Shown one piece after another: positions 48,709-59,031 of a DNA stretch of 64,000 nt. A model generated the notes under the pieces. The model did not search any database. It had not been told where the DNA came from and saw only the letters and a program-made list of their open reading frames with translations. This DNA comes from Friedmanniella sp. (lineage in GTDB: Bacteria > Actinomycetota > Actinomycetes > Propionibacteriales > Propionibacteriaceae): contig CBDCLF010000001.1 in NCBI GenBank assembly GCA_965218535.1, positions 1,003,150-1,067,149 of the forward strand. The letters run 5' to 3'. A program made the position numbers and the translations under genes. Position 1 is the stretch's first letter. Each line of letters opens with the position of its first letter.

Positions 48709-49680
48709 ATGACGGTGACCGCCGGGGCGACCTCCACTCAGGCACCGACAAGAGCCGGTACATCCCCTCCGGGACGGTCCGGTAACGCCGACAAGAAGTC
48801 GCGAAAGCGCCGTGATGAGGGGCGAGCGGCCTGGATTCTCGCTGTTCCCTTCTGCATCCTCTTCCTCACCTTCACGCTCTGGCCGGTGGTCCAGTCGCTC
48901 TTCATGAGCTTCACCGACACCCGGCAGCGTGATCTGCGGAGCCCATTCGCGGTGAACTTCCTCGGGTTTCAGAACTACCTCAAGGTGCTCAACGACGAGG
49001 TCTTCCAACATGCTGCCCTCAACACCGCGTACTTCGTCCTGGTCGGGGTCCCGCTCACTTTGATCATCGCCTTGGCGGCAGCACTAGCGCTGGACAAGGG
49101 CATTTCGCGGTTCAAGGCGCTTTTCCGGTTGGGGTTCTACACCCCGGTGGTGACCTCGATCGTCGCCGTCGCCGTCGTGTGGCGCTTCATCTTGCGTCCC
49201 GACGGAGGGCTGCTCAATACCGTGCTGGGCTGGGTCGGCGTGACCGGACCGAACTGGCTGGAGTCGACGACCTGGTCGATGCCCTCGCTGATCATGATGG
49301 CGACCTGGCGAAACTTCGGCACAGCGATGATCATCTTCCTCGCCGGTCTGCAGTCAGTGCCGGTAGCCCTGCACGAGGCGGCCGCTATCGACGGGGCCAA
49401 CGCGTGGCAACGATTCACTCAGGTGACCCTTCCACTACTCCGGCCGACCCTGCTCTTCGTCTCGGTCACGACCGGCATCGGCTACCTGCAGTTCTTCGAG
49501 GAGCCGTTCGTCATGACTCAGGGCGGCCCGCTCGACAGCACGATCTCCATGTCCATGGCGACCTACCAGCAGTTCGGCTTCGGGAACTACGGGGTGGCCG
49601 CCGCCATGAGCTATCTCATCTTCGTCGTGATCTTGGTGGTCACCGCCATACAGTTCCGGCTCCTGCGCGAGAACACCTGA
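48709..49680 (+). CDS. Carbohydrate ABC transporter permease (MalF-like)
   Basis: EAAAIDGA loop, TQGGP. Confidence 0.95.
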   Translation: MTVTAGATSTQAPTRAGTSPPGRSGNADKKSRKRRDEGRAAWILAVPFCILFLTFTLWPVVQSLFMSFTDTRQRDLRSPFAVNFLGFQNYLKVLNDEVFQHAALNTAYFVLVGVPLTLIIALAAALALDKGISRFKALFRLGFYTPVVTSIVAVAVVWRFILRPDGGLLNTVLGWVGVTGPNWLESTTWSMPSLIMMATWRNFGTAMIIFLAGLQSVPVALHEAAAIDGANAWQRFTQVTLPLLRPTLLFVSVTTGIGYLQFFEEPFVMTQGGPLDSTISMSMATYQQFGFGNYGVAAAMSYLIFVVILVVTAIQFRLLRENT

Positions 49681-49691
49681 GAGGCACGTTC

Positions 49692-50603
49692 ATGTCTACC
49701 CCCATCGCAGCCAAAGATGCCTCCAGCACACCGGCGTCCGCAACCAGAGCACCTACCCCTGCCGGCGACGGCGAAAGGAGCGGGTCGCGTTCGAGCAACC
49801 GGTGGTGGCTCTACGTCGTACTCCTGCTCGGTCTGGTCGTCGTCATCGCCCCGTTCATCTGGATGGTGCTCGGGAGCTTCAAGACCGAAGGAGAGCTACG
49901 TGCGGTGCCCCCGACCTGGTGGCCCAAGAGCGCCTCCCTGGACAACTTCGCAGAGTTGTTCAGTCGCCTCAATTTCGGTCAATTCTTCTTCAACTCCACG
50001 CTGGTGGCCGTGGTGGTGACGGCCGGCAACCTGATCTTCTGCTCGATGCTGGGCTATGCCCTCGCCATGCTGGAGTTCCGCGGCAAGAAGGCCCTCTTCG
50101 CCGTCGTGATGGGCACCCTGATGATTCCGGGCGTGGTGACGTTCGTGCCGCTGTTCATCCTGGTCGCCAATCTCGGGCTGGTCGACAGTCTCCCGGGTTT
50201 GTTCCTCCCCTTCCTCGTCGCCCCGTTCGGAGTCTTCTTAATGCGACAGTTCATCTCCGGACTGCCGCGCGACCTGTTGGACGCGGGACGGGTCGACGGT
50301 GCGTCGGAGCTGGGGATTTTCGCCAGAATCATCTTGCCGCTTTGCGGGCCGGCGTTGGCGACGCTAGGCATCTTGACGTTCTTGGCGAGTTGGAACAATT
50401 TCCTCTGGCCACTCGTCGTCGCGCAGAATCAGCAACACTACACACTCCCGGTGGCCTTGGCCCTCTTCTCCACCGGCCAGCAGAGCACGAACTACGGCCT
50501 GCTGCTCGCGGGAGCGACGGTCGTCGTCGTACCGATCCTAATCGTGTTCTTGATCTTTCAGCGCCGCTTCATCGAAGGCATCGCCACCACGGGAATCAAA
50601 TGA
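49692..50603 (+). CDS. Carbohydrate ABC transporter permease (MalG-like)
   Basis: DAGRVDGA loop, WNNFLWP, QRRFIEG. Confidence 0.95.
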   Translation: MSTPIAAKDASSTPASATRAPTPAGDGERSGSRSSNRWWLYVVLLLGLVVVIAPFIWMVLGSFKTEGELRAVPPTWWPKSASLDNFAELFSRLNFGQFFFNSTLVAVVVTAGNLIFCSMLGYALAMLEFRGKKALFAVVMGTLMIPGVVTFVPLFILVANLGLVDSLPGLFLPFLVAPFGVFLMRQFISGLPRDLLDAGRVDGASELGIFARIILPLCGPALATLGILTFLASWNNFLWPLVVAQNQQHYTLPVALALFSTGQQSTNYGLLLAGATVVVVPILIVFLIFQRRFIEGIATTGIK

Positions 50604-50682
50604 CCGCGTCGTCTACGGCAGTAACCGTCTCGGTATCCACCGTCTCGTCCGTCCCAACCTCTCCTCGACAGAAGGAGTCCGC

Positions 50683-52317
50683 ATGAACACCCCTAAGAGT
50701 CCTCCCCCGGTACAGCGCCGGACGCCGTCGCGTCGACAGATCCTGGGCGGTGGAGCCGCCCTGGCCCTAACCAGCCTGACCGGCCCCTGGTCGGGGGTCG
50801 CGTACGCCCAGCCCGGGGACGCGGTCCCCGCGGCCCCCTTCGGACCACCCGTTCCACCCCGTCGCGGAACGAATCGGCGCCGCGCTCATCAGTGGGCCCA
50901 GGACACCTGGCGCTGCCTGGTCGCCATGACGAACGAGCAGACGGGCTTGGCCTCGGACAACATCGGCGGAAATCTGGCGGCGTCTTCGCGCAGCGGCTAC
51001 ACCTCTCCGACCAATATCGGCGGTTACCTCTGGAGCGCGGTGGTAGCCCGTGAACTCGGCATCATCACTCCCGGTAACTGCCACCGGCGCCTCAAGCAGA
51101 CCTTGGCAACGTTGCTCCGGATGGAGCATCATCGCCCGAGCGGCATGTTCTACAACTGGTACGACGAGGCCAGCGGTGAGGTGCTGACGACCTGGCCCGA
51201 GGACGGCAAACGGGTCTACCCCTTCCTCTCCAGCGTCGACAACGGCTGGCTCGGCGCCGCGCTGATGGTGGTTCGCAACGCCGATCCCGGCACCCGTCAA
51301 CTTTCGGACCGGCTGTTTTCGCGCATGCGCTGGGATATGTTCTACGACGCGAAGGCGTCGCGCCCCGGCGGTCTCATTCACGGCGGCTTCTACGATGCGC
51401 CGCCGCCACCGGGGTCCAGCGTGTTCACCGGGAATCACATCGGAGTCGGCCCCGATGTCTGGTATACCAATCACCACTACGACACGGCGGTATCGGAGAC
51501 CCGCATCACCTCCTATATCGGTATCTCCCAGGGACAGATCCCACCACAGCAGTACTTCGCGACCTGGCGGACCTTCCCCGAGACCTGCGACTGGTCGTGG
51601 CCAGAGTCCAAGCCCGTCGGCACCCACCGCACCTATCTCGGGATCGACGTCTTCGAGGGGGCCTATCTCTACCGGGGAATGCGGATCGTACCGGGGTGGG
51701 GCGGCAGCATGTTCGAGGAGTTGATGCCGGACGTGTTCGTGCCCGAAGCGCGGTGGGGGCGGCGTTCCTGGGGAGTCAACCACCCGTTGTTCGTTCGCGC
51801 CCAGCGGCAGCACGGCCTCCATGAGGCCGGCTACGGCTACTGGGGTTTCTCCCCCTCCAACGACCCCTTCGGTGGCTATCGCGAGTACGGGGTGGACGCT
51901 TTGGGGATGAATCCCGACGGCTACTTCTCCGACGAGGAAAAGACCAACTACGACGCCGGCTTCGGCGACTGCCGACCTGCGACCAACCCGAACCCGCGCT
52001 ACGGCGACGGCGTCGTCACCCCACACGCGTCCTTCCTCGCCATGATGCACGAGCCTCGGCAGGCCTTCGTCAATCTTGTTCGGATTCAGGACCGACTGCA
52101 TGCGTACGGCCCCGGCGGGTTCTACGACGCGGTGGCCGTCCGGTCCGGAACGATCGCCAAGCGCTACCTGTCGCTCGACCAGTCGATGATCATGGGAGCG
52201 CTCGGCAATGTCCTCGCGGGGCAGGTCGTCCGCGCGAACTTCGCCACGGCGCCGGTCGAACGGGTGCTGCGGCCACTGCTGGCCATGGAGCAATTCGGTG
52301 CCCGTCCCGCGGCCTGA
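50683..52317 (+). CDS. Tat-exported (alpha/alpha)6 glycoside hydrolase of the beta-1,2-glucanase clan (DUF3131/glucoamylase-like)
   Basis: SRRQIL Tat signal; TSPTNIG, FYNWYD, SSVDNG, SETR, WGGSMFE.LMP, WGFS, VVTPHA, GFYDAV, LDQ. Confidence 0.8.
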   Translation: MNTPKSPPPVQRRTPSRRQILGGGAALALTSLTGPWSGVAYAQPGDAVPAAPFGPPVPPRRGTNRRRAHQWAQDTWRCLVAMTNEQTGLASDNIGGNLAASSRSGYTSPTNIGGYLWSAVVARELGIITPGNCHRRLKQTLATLLRMEHHRPSGMFYNWYDEASGEVLTTWPEDGKRVYPFLSSVDNGWLGAALMVVRNADPGTRQLSDRLFSRMRWDMFYDAKASRPGGLIHGGFYDAPPPPGSSVFTGNHIGVGPDVWYTNHHYDTAVSETRITSYIGISQGQIPPQQYFATWRTFPETCDWSWPESKPVGTHRTYLGIDVFEGAYLYRGMRIVPGWGGSMFEELMPDVFVPEARWGRRSWGVNHPLFVRAQRQHGLHEAGYGYWGFSPSNDPFGGYREYGVDALGMNPDGYFSDEEKTNYDAGFGDCRPATNPNPRYGDGVVTPHASFLAMMHEPRQAFVNLVRIQDRLHAYGPGGFYDAVAVRSGTIAKRYLSLDQSMIMGALGNVLAGQVVRANFATAPVERVLRPLLAMEQFGARPAA

Positions 52318-52326
52318 GCGCCGCCG

Positions 52327-54183
52327 ATGAGGCCGACCTACGCCACCGCTGCTGACGGTGAGCACTTCCGCGACCTCAACGGCAACGGCGTTCAAGACCC
52401 GTACGAGGACCCTCGGCTGCCGACGGCAGTTCGGGTCGCAGACCTGTTGCGCCGACTCTCGCTGGAAGAGAAGGTCGGGCTGATGTTCCATACCGTGATC
52501 GAGGCGGGGGCCGACGGGACACTCCTGGACGGTCCGGGACGCATCAGCAAGTCCGGGACCAAGCAGGTCGTGATCGACAAGGGAATCAACCACTTCAACG
52601 TGCACGAGCTGCGCGACGCCCGATCGGCGGCCCGCTGGCAGAACAATCTGCAACAGTTGGCGGAGCTGACACCGCACGGGATTCCGGTCACCGTGTCCTC
52701 CGACCCGCGCCACGGATTTGTCGAGAACGTCGGTGCCTCGTTCGCCGCCGGCCCGTTCTCGCAGTGGCCCGAGCCGATCGGGCTGGCCGCCATCGGTGAT
52801 GAGGACGCCGTACGACAATTCGCCGGGGTGGCTCGCCGTGAGTACGTGGCCGTCGGTATTCGGGCGGCGCTGCACCCTACGGCGGATCTGGCCACCGAGC
52901 CCCGCTGGGCGAGGCAGGCGGGTACGTTCGGGCAGGATCCGGCGCTGGTCTCGAGGCTGACGCGGGCTTACCTCCAGGGGTTTCAGACCGACGCCCTCGG
53001 TCCCCAGAGCGTGGCCTGCACCACCAAGCACTTTCCCGGTGGAGGCAACCAGAAGGACGGGGAAGACCCCCACTTCCCCTACGGCCGGGAGCAGATCTAC
53101 CCCGCAGGACGGTTCGCTCAGCACCTCCAGCCTTTCGAGGTTGCCATCGCGTGCGGATCGGCCGGCGTGATGCCCTCGTACGGGGTGCCGATCCACCTGG
53201 ACCTCGACCACGAGCGGGTTCTGGAAGTCGCCTTCGGGTTCAACCGGCGAATCATCACCGGCCTGCTGCGGGAGGAGCTGGGCTACGACGGGGTGGTGCT
53301 CAGCGACTGGGAGTTGATTCACGACAACCACGTCGGGGACCAGGTTCTCCCGGCCAGGTCCTGGGGGGTCGAGCATCTCGACGCCGCCGCCCGACTGGCC
53401 CTGGTGATCGAGGCCGGGGTGGATCAGCTGGGTGGCGAGGAGTGCACCGACCTCCTGCTGCGGCTGGTCGAGGAGGGCCGGTTGTCGCAGCAACGGATCG
53501 ATCAGTCGGTACGCCGCCTGCTGGCGGTGAAATTCGAACTCGGGCTGTTCGACAATCCGTTCGTCGACGAGGAACGAGCGGTGGTGGTCCTCGGCGATCC
53601 GGGCCACCAAGACGCGGGGCATCGGGCCCAGGCCCGCTCGGTCACGGTGCTACGCAACGAGCCGCTGGTTCCCGGCGCCTCCCGAGTCCTTCCGTTGCCG
53701 TCGTCGGGGAGCTTGCGGCTCTACCTGGAGGGGGTCTCGGCGGAAGCCGCCACCCGGATCGGCCCCGTGGTCGAACGACCCGAGGAAGCCGATCTCGCGC
53801 TGTTGCGGCTGGCGACGCCGTTCGAGACACGCTCCGAGCTGTTCTTGGAGGAGGCCTTTCACCAGGGATCGCTGGACTTCCCGCCGGACCTCGTGTCCCG
53901 ACTGTCGGCCCTGGCCGGCGTCGTCCCCCTCGTCCTCGACGTCCACAGCGACCGACCGCCGATCCTGACGCCGCTGCTCGAGCATCTCACCGCGTTGACG
54001 CTCACCTACGGGGCCAGCGACGCCGCCTGGCTGGACGCCCTCACGAGGGCCATCCCGCCCGAGGGGCGGCTGCCCTTCGATCTGCCCCGGTCGATGACGT
54101 CGGTCGCGCAGTCAGGCTTGTCCGACCGGCCGGGCAGCACCGATGACCCGCTCTTCCGCTTCGGTGACGGCCTCCAGATCTAA
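52327..54183 (+). CDS. GH3 beta-glucosidase
   Basis: LEEKVG, SSDPRH, EPRWAR..GTFG, KHFPG, LSDW, GRLPF, LFRFG.GL. Confidence 0.93.
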   Translation: MRPTYATAADGEHFRDLNGNGVQDPYEDPRLPTAVRVADLLRRLSLEEKVGLMFHTVIEAGADGTLLDGPGRISKSGTKQVVIDKGINHFNVHELRDARSAARWQNNLQQLAELTPHGIPVTVSSDPRHGFVENVGASFAAGPFSQWPEPIGLAAIGDEDAVRQFAGVARREYVAVGIRAALHPTADLATEPRWARQAGTFGQDPALVSRLTRAYLQGFQTDALGPQSVACTTKHFPGGGNQKDGEDPHFPYGREQIYPAGRFAQHLQPFEVAIACGSAGVMPSYGVPIHLDLDHERVLEVAFGFNRRIITGLLREELGYDGVVLSDWELIHDNHVGDQVLPARSWGVEHLDAAARLALVIEAGVDQLGGEECTDLLLRLVEEGRLSQQRIDQSVRRLLAVKFELGLFDNPFVDEERAVVVLGDPGHQDAGHRAQARSVTVLRNEPLVPGASRVLPLPSSGSLRLYLEGVSAEAATRIGPVVERPEEADLALLRLATPFETRSELFLEEAFHQGSLDFPPDLVSRLSALAGVVPLVLDVHSDRPPILTPLLEHLTALTLTYGASDAAWLDALTRAIPPEGRLPFDLPRSMTSVAQSGLSDRPGSTDDPLFRFGDGLQI

Positions 54184-54203
54184 GGCTCTTCAACGATGAG
54201 GAA

Positions 54204-55001
54204 TCACCCGCGCAACTTGTCCCGCAGTCGCGCGGTGTCGGCCGCGGTCCAGCCGATCCGTTCCAGCATCGTCTCGACGCTGCCGTAGGTCTGCTCGACG
54301 TGGTCCAACAGGGCCGTCATGGTCTCCGGCCGGGACAGGTGCGACTCCAGCGGCCGGTCGCGGAGACTATCGGCGTACGTGGCTGAGCCCAGCAATCGGT
54401 CCAGCACCTGCTGGACCCGTTCGGAGCTGGCCGTGTAGTCCGCGACCACCGCGTCCCGCTGCGCGCCGGCCAGCAGCAGCGCCAGGGCCACCACCGTGCC
54501 CGTCCGGTCCTTACCCGCCGCGCAGTGCACTAGGGTCGCCCCGGGCGCGGCGGCGATGTCCCGTAACGCCCCCACAATGGAATCCGGCCGGTCGGCCAGG
54601 TAAGACAGGTAGTGCGCGGCCACCTCGTTCTCCACCGCCACGCTGGGCTCCAGGTCGACCCACGGCAGGGCCTGCTCGGGCAGGGCCTCGGGTCGTTCGT
54701 CGGGCTTGTCCTGCCCGACGCCCTCGCGCCATTCCCGGAACAGGGAGTGCTGATGATGGGTCACCCCGCGACCGACCAGCGGACCGGGACCCTCCTGCTC
54801 GGCCTCGTAGTCGCTGCGCAGGTCGACCACGTCGGTCAGCCCGAGGTCGAGCAGTGCGGTCACGTCGGCGTCGGTGAGCGACTGCAGGTTGTCCGAACGC
54901 AGCAGCACCCCCGGGGCGATCTCGGCACCGTCGGCGGTCGGGATACCCCCGACGTCGCGGAGATTGGCCACTCCCTCGAGGTTGATCCAGCGGCGCTGCA
55001 C
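54204..55001 (-). CDS. Tyrosine-protein phosphatase (PtpB/Y_phosphatase3 family)
   Basis: NLRDVGG, DLRS..E, HCAAGKDRTG, ADY. Confidence 0.93.
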   Translation of the reverse strand: MQRRWINLEGVANLRDVGGIPTADGAEIAPGVLLRSDNLQSLTDADVTALLDLGLTDVVDLRSDYEAEQEGPGPLVGRGVTHHQHSLFREWREGVGQDKPDERPEALPEQALPWVDLEPSVAVENEVAAHYLSYLADRPDSIVGALRDIAAAPGATLVHCAAGKDRTGTVVALALLLAGAQRDAVVADYTASSERVQQVLDRLLGSATYADSLRDRPLESHLSRPETMTALLDHVEQTYGSVETMLERIGWTAADTARLRDKLRG

Positions 55002-55055
55002 CGCACCATCTTAGGAGGCGGGCCCCTACCGGTCGTGGACGTCGCACCCACGCCG

Positions 55056-55120
55056 CGCACCCTTTCCTGCACGGCGCACCCCCTGCATCGGGTGCGTCGC
55101 GCAGCAGAGGTTGCGCCGCG
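55056..55120. repeat. Palindromic copy of the 19-bp repeat family seen at 34038
   Basis: CGCACCCTTTCCTGCACGGCGCACC...GGTGCGTCGCGCAGCAGAGGTTGCG. Confidence 0.65.
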
Positions 55121-55154
55121 GTCGTACGGGTCGGGAGCGGCTGGGGAAAGACGC

Positions 55155-56117
55155 TCAGTCGACCAACCCACGCAGATGGGTCAGCAGCTGCTTGCCGGTC
55201 CAGGTCGAGCTGACCAGGTCGCGGCGCAGGGTCAGCAGCGGGTGCTTCGGATCGGGTTTGCGGTCGGCCAGCTGGAAGGCGGTCCGGTAACCGGCGGCGG
55301 CGACGTGCGGCAGCGCAGCCCGGTCCCAGGCGCCGTACGGGTAGGCGAAGTGCCGCACCGGATGCCCGATGATCTTCTCCAGCAGCTCGCGGGGCTTCTG
55401 CAACTGCAGCGACCAGTCCTGGCCCGAGTACTCGTCGGCCCGGTGGTGGTCCCAGGTGTGCGCCGCCACCGTCATCCCGGCGTCGTCGAGCCGCTTGAGG
55501 TCGCGTCGGGTGAACCAGCCCTGGTTTCCCAGCACCACGGTCATGGCGAAGAACGTGGCGGTCATCTTCCGGGCCCTTAGCTGCGGCAGGCCCTCGGTGA
55601 TCTGGCTGCCCTGGGAGTCGTCGAAGCTCAGCATGATCGGCTTGCTGGGCAGCGCAGCGCCGGTGGTCAGATGGTCCAGGTACTGGTCGGGACCGATGGT
55701 GTTCCAGCCGTCGTCGGCGACCGCGTCCAGCTGGGCCCGAAACTTCTTCGGCGGGCAGATCAGCAGGGTGCGGGCGTACTCGCCGTCGGCGGAGTTCCAG
55801 TCCCGCAGCTGGTGCCAGCACAGCACCGGTACGGTCGCCCGAGCTGCGATCTGCGCCGGGGTGGCGGGCTTGGCCCGGGGCTTGGTCGTGGCCGGCGCAG
55901 ACGGGCTCGGGCCGGTCGACGGGGTGGCGATACCTGGGCCCGGGACGGCCGAGGTGCTGGCCCCGGACCCGCTTGGCGCAGCAGCCGTCGCGGCGCCGGG
56001 GACCGGCTCGGGCGACGACGGGCTCCCGCAGCCGGCCAGCGCGGCGGCACCCGCCCCCAGCGCGCCGGCGAGCAGGGCGCGGCGGGCCAGTCGCGGACTC
56101 TGCTCCGGGTCGCTCAC
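55155..56117 (-). CDS. Tat lipoprotein polysaccharide deacetylase (CE4, IcaB/PgaB-like)
   Basis: ARRALL...LAGC; VLCWH, LSFDD, AHTWDH, FAYPYG. Confidence 0.9.
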   Translation of the reverse strand: MSDPEQSPRLARRALLAGALGAGAAALAGCGSPSSPEPVPGAATAAAPSGSGASTSAVPGPGIATPSTGPSPSAPATTKPRAKPATPAQIAARATVPVLCWHQLRDWNSADGEYARTLLICPPKKFRAQLDAVADDGWNTIGPDQYLDHLTTGAALPSKPIMLSFDDSQGSQITEGLPQLRARKMTATFFAMTVVLGNQGWFTRRDLKRLDDAGMTVAAHTWDHHRADEYSGQDWSLQLQKPRELLEKIIGHPVRHFAYPYGAWDRAALPHVAAAGYRTAFQLADRKPDPKHPLLTLRRDLVSSTWTGKQLLTHLRGLVD

Positions 56118-56140
56118 CGGCCCTCGCGTACTGCGGACGC

Positions 56141-57727
56141 TCACTGGTAGGAGATCATGTCCGGCGTGGGCCGCTTGGCCATGGTCTGCTTGGGCGTGAG
56201 CATCGGGTGGTCTTCGTCGTAGAAGTTCTTCCAGCCGAACGGCATCCCCTTGGGCGCGGCGGCGACGACTGCGCGCCAGGTGCCTTCCTTGAGGTCCGGC
56301 GAGCCCTGCCCGTCCATGTGGATCAGCAGTTGCAGCTCGTCGTGGCTGGTGTCGAGCTTCTTCTCGTTGCGGATCATCTGCAGCTGGAACTGGTGCAGCA
56401 CCAACAGCTTCTGCGGCAGTGTGTTCTTGGCGGTGAGGTCCGCCAGCCAGTCGGAGACGCGGTTGATCTCGGCGGCGTCGACGCCGCCGATCTGGACCAG
56501 CGGACGCTGGTTCGGACCGAGCCGCCATTCCGGGTCCAGGGCCAGCCCCACGTTCGGCAGCTTCAGCAGCGACTCGTACCGCTTGGCCTGGGACAAGAAG
56601 TCCGCCCGGCCCGGCTGCAGGTCCAACACCACGTAGACCCCGGACTTGCTGGCCTGCTCCACCCACGGCCGCAGGGTCTTGATCGGGGTTTCGAAGGAGT
56701 AGTCGCCGTCGGGGCCGGGTGAGCCCTGCAGGGTGGTGGCGATGATCTCGAAGGTCGGCACCACCGGGACTTTGCTGAGCGGCGCGTACTGCTTGGCCAG
56801 CTTCTTTGCCCGGGCGACACTGGCCGCCGGCCCCTGCTCGCCGAGCACGCCGAGGGCGGAGGTGTCGGGATGGCCGTACAGGGCGACGAAGCGGCGGCCC
56901 GGCAACAGGACCTGCCCGCCTCCGGGCAGCTGAACCCCGGTTGTCGCCACCGCGACCCGCTCCGCCAGCCGCTTGGTCGACCCGAAGTCACCGATGGCCA
57001 GGACCCGCTCGGGTTTTTGCCGGGCCAGCTCGCTGATGGCCTTCGGGGCGGCCCGGACGTCCTTGGTCGACACCACCAGCAGCTTCGTGCTCGCGGCCGC
57101 CGCCGCGGCGATGGCCAGGTTGGTCGAGACGGCGGAGAGCGCCGGCCGGCTCTTCTTCGCGGGCCGGGTGAGGACCGCGGTGCCGGCGGCGGAGGCGGGC
57201 GCGACGTCGGGTAGCTTGCCGGCGTCTTCGACCACCTTGACCTTGGCCAGTGAGTTCAAGCGAGAAGCCGCCGAACCGGTGCCCAGGACCGTCCGTACCC
57301 CCAGCCGAGTCACCTCCGCAGCCAACGCCGGCGTGGCCGGTGCCGGACCGGGGCCCAGCACCAGGAGCGGCACTCCCATCCGGCCGGCCTGCGAGGTCCC
57401 CTCCTGCAGGGCAGCGTCGTCGTCGCTGGGTGCGACCACCGCCACCGGGGCGGAGGCGAACAGGGCCCGGCTGACCTGCACCGACAGGTCCACCGGATCG
57501 TCGCTCGTCACCGCGGTGACCGCGGAGCCGCTGGTGTTCAGCACCGCCGACCCCGGGGCGGCCGGCTGGCCCTTCTTCGACTCGCCGGAGCTACCCCCCG
57601 GGCCGGAGGAATCCGGTCCGGTCAGCGGATCCTTCGCCGCCCCCGGCGTACAGCCCACGAGCGCGAACGCGACAACGAGGGCGAGCGCGGCCACTCGCGT
57701 ACGCCCGCGCCGGCGCGGCAGCGTCAC
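56141..57727 (-). CDS. Conserved hypothetical lipoprotein (putative glycoside hydrolase C-terminal domain)
   Basis: Lipobox LVGC; VALYGHP, VLDLQPGR, LALDPEW, LHQF, HMDGQG, GWKNFY. Confidence 0.75.
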   Translation of the reverse strand: MTLPRRRGRTRVAALALVVAFALVGCTPGAAKDPLTGPDSSGPGGSSGESKKGQPAAPGSAVLNTSGSAVTAVTSDDPVDLSVQVSRALFASAPVAVVAPSDDDAALQEGTSQAGRMGVPLLVLGPGPAPATPALAAEVTRLGVRTVLGTGSAASRLNSLAKVKVVEDAGKLPDVAPASAAGTAVLTRPAKKSRPALSAVSTNLAIAAAAAASTKLLVVSTKDVRAAPKAISELARQKPERVLAIGDFGSTKRLAERVAVATTGVQLPGGGQVLLPGRRFVALYGHPDTSALGVLGEQGPAASVARAKKLAKQYAPLSKVPVVPTFEIIATTLQGSPGPDGDYSFETPIKTLRPWVEQASKSGVYVVLDLQPGRADFLSQAKRYESLLKLPNVGLALDPEWRLGPNQRPLVQIGGVDAAEINRVSDWLADLTAKNTLPQKLLVLHQFQLQMIRNEKKLDTSHDELQLLIHMDGQGSPDLKEGTWRAVVAAAPKGMPFGWKNFYDEDHPMLTPKQTMAKRPTPDMISYQ

Positions 57728-57855
57728 TGCGGCTCGCCGGTGCTGCTCCTTCGCCCTCAGAGCGGGATCGATAAAATTCACCCGACCAGGAGAACACGGG
57801 ACGGGGCCCGACCGAAATCGAATCGCCGGGAGAGTGGCCCGCATCGGCAAACCGG

Positions 57856-59031
57856 TCAAGACGCCCAGTGGCCGGTGAAGAACAACCACGACCACCAGAG
57901 CATGGCCGCCACCTCGAGGGTGAACGCCGTCGCGACCAGTCCGCGGTGGACCGTCCGACCGGCCGGGCTGCCCGGTCGTCGCCGGACCCACTCGGCGAGC
58001 ATGATCCACAGCGGGAACCACAACAAGGTGGCCCGGTTCACCGAGAAGAACCAGTACGACAGCGAGAACGCCAGCACCTGCACGCCGACCCAGCTCGCCT
58101 CGGGCAGCAGTCCGGGGCGGCCTTGGCGGCGCAGCGAGGCGCTGCGGACCAGGCACCAGAGCACGACCAGCAGCCCGACCGCCATCGAGACCACCTCGCC
58201 CCGGAACACCGCCGCCCACCACGGATGGTCGGCGTACGCGCCGGGCACCACGGCCGGGATCGTGTTGCGCAACGAGTCCCAGGGCCAGGTCAGGCCGCGG
58301 ACCCAGCCGGTGCTCTGCGCCCGGTACCAGGCCGTCCAACTCCCGGTCAGGACGTGCAGGTAGGTCGCGAAGGCGGCGATCACCGCGGCCGGCAGGGCCA
58401 GCAGGGCGAGTCGGCGCAAACGTACGGGCAGCCCGACCTGTTGGGTGGTCAGCACCAGCACGACCAGCGCGCCGATGAGAAACAGCCCCGACACCCGGAC
58501 GGTGCAGGCCAGCGCGGCCAGTCCGGCGGCCGCGACCCAGCGGTCGGCGCGGGCCCGTTCCCAGGCCCAGAACGCCGCTGCGCAGAACAGCGACTCGGTG
58601 TAGGGGACGACGGTGAACACCGCCGTCGGAGCGAACAGCCACGCCACCGCCGCGACCGGGCCGCCCAGGCGCAGCAGGGCGGCCGCGGCGACGCCGGAGC
58701 CGACCAGGGAGAGCAGCACGCCGGTGACCGCGACCGGGACACCGGCGCGCAGGCCCAGGCCCAGCAGCCCCGGGAAGGCGGGGAAGAACGCCATCAGAGT
58801 GCCGTCGGCGTCGGCGAAGTAGCCACCGGCGGCCAGTCGGGCAAAGTGTTGGACGTCCCAGTTGCTGACCATGTCGGTGAGCGTGCGGCCCTGGAACACC
58901 GCCAGCAGCAACGCCACCATCGCGATCAGCCCGCGGCTGGCCAGCCAGGCCTGGACGACCGTACGGGCCCCACCGGTACCGCGGCGATCCGGGGTGGTCC
59001 GGTCGGGCCGGACCGGGACCGCCGTACTCAT
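57856..59031 (-). CDS. GT-C mannosyltransferase (PIG-V/GT76-like)
   Basis: WDVQHF..LA..GY, AFFPAFP, PYTESLF, R..G, W. Confidence 0.85.
   Translation of the reverse strand: MSTAVPVRPDRTTPDRRGTGGARTVVQAWLASRGLIAMVALLLAVFQGRTLTDMVSNWDVQHFARLAAGGYFADADGTLMAFFPAFPGLLGLGLRAGVPVAVTGVLLSLVGSGVAAAALLRLGGPVAAVAWLFAPTAVFTVVPYTESLFCAAAFWAWERARADRWVAAAGLAALACTVRVSGLFLIGALVVLVLTTQQVGLPVRLRRLALLALPAAVIAAFATYLHVLTGSWTAWYRAQSTGWVRGLTWPWDSLRNTIPAVVPGAYADHPWWAAVFRGEVVSMAVGLLVVLWCLVRSASLRRQGRPGLLPEASWVGVQVLAFSLSYWFFSVNRATLLWFPLWIMLAEWVRRRPGSPAGRTVHRGLVATAFTLEVAAMLWWSWLFFTGHWAS

Noticed and set aside
50767-53622. 951-aa minus-strand ORF
   Set aside because: Antisense shadow of the two glycoside hydrolase genes, typical of high-GC DNA; no motifs
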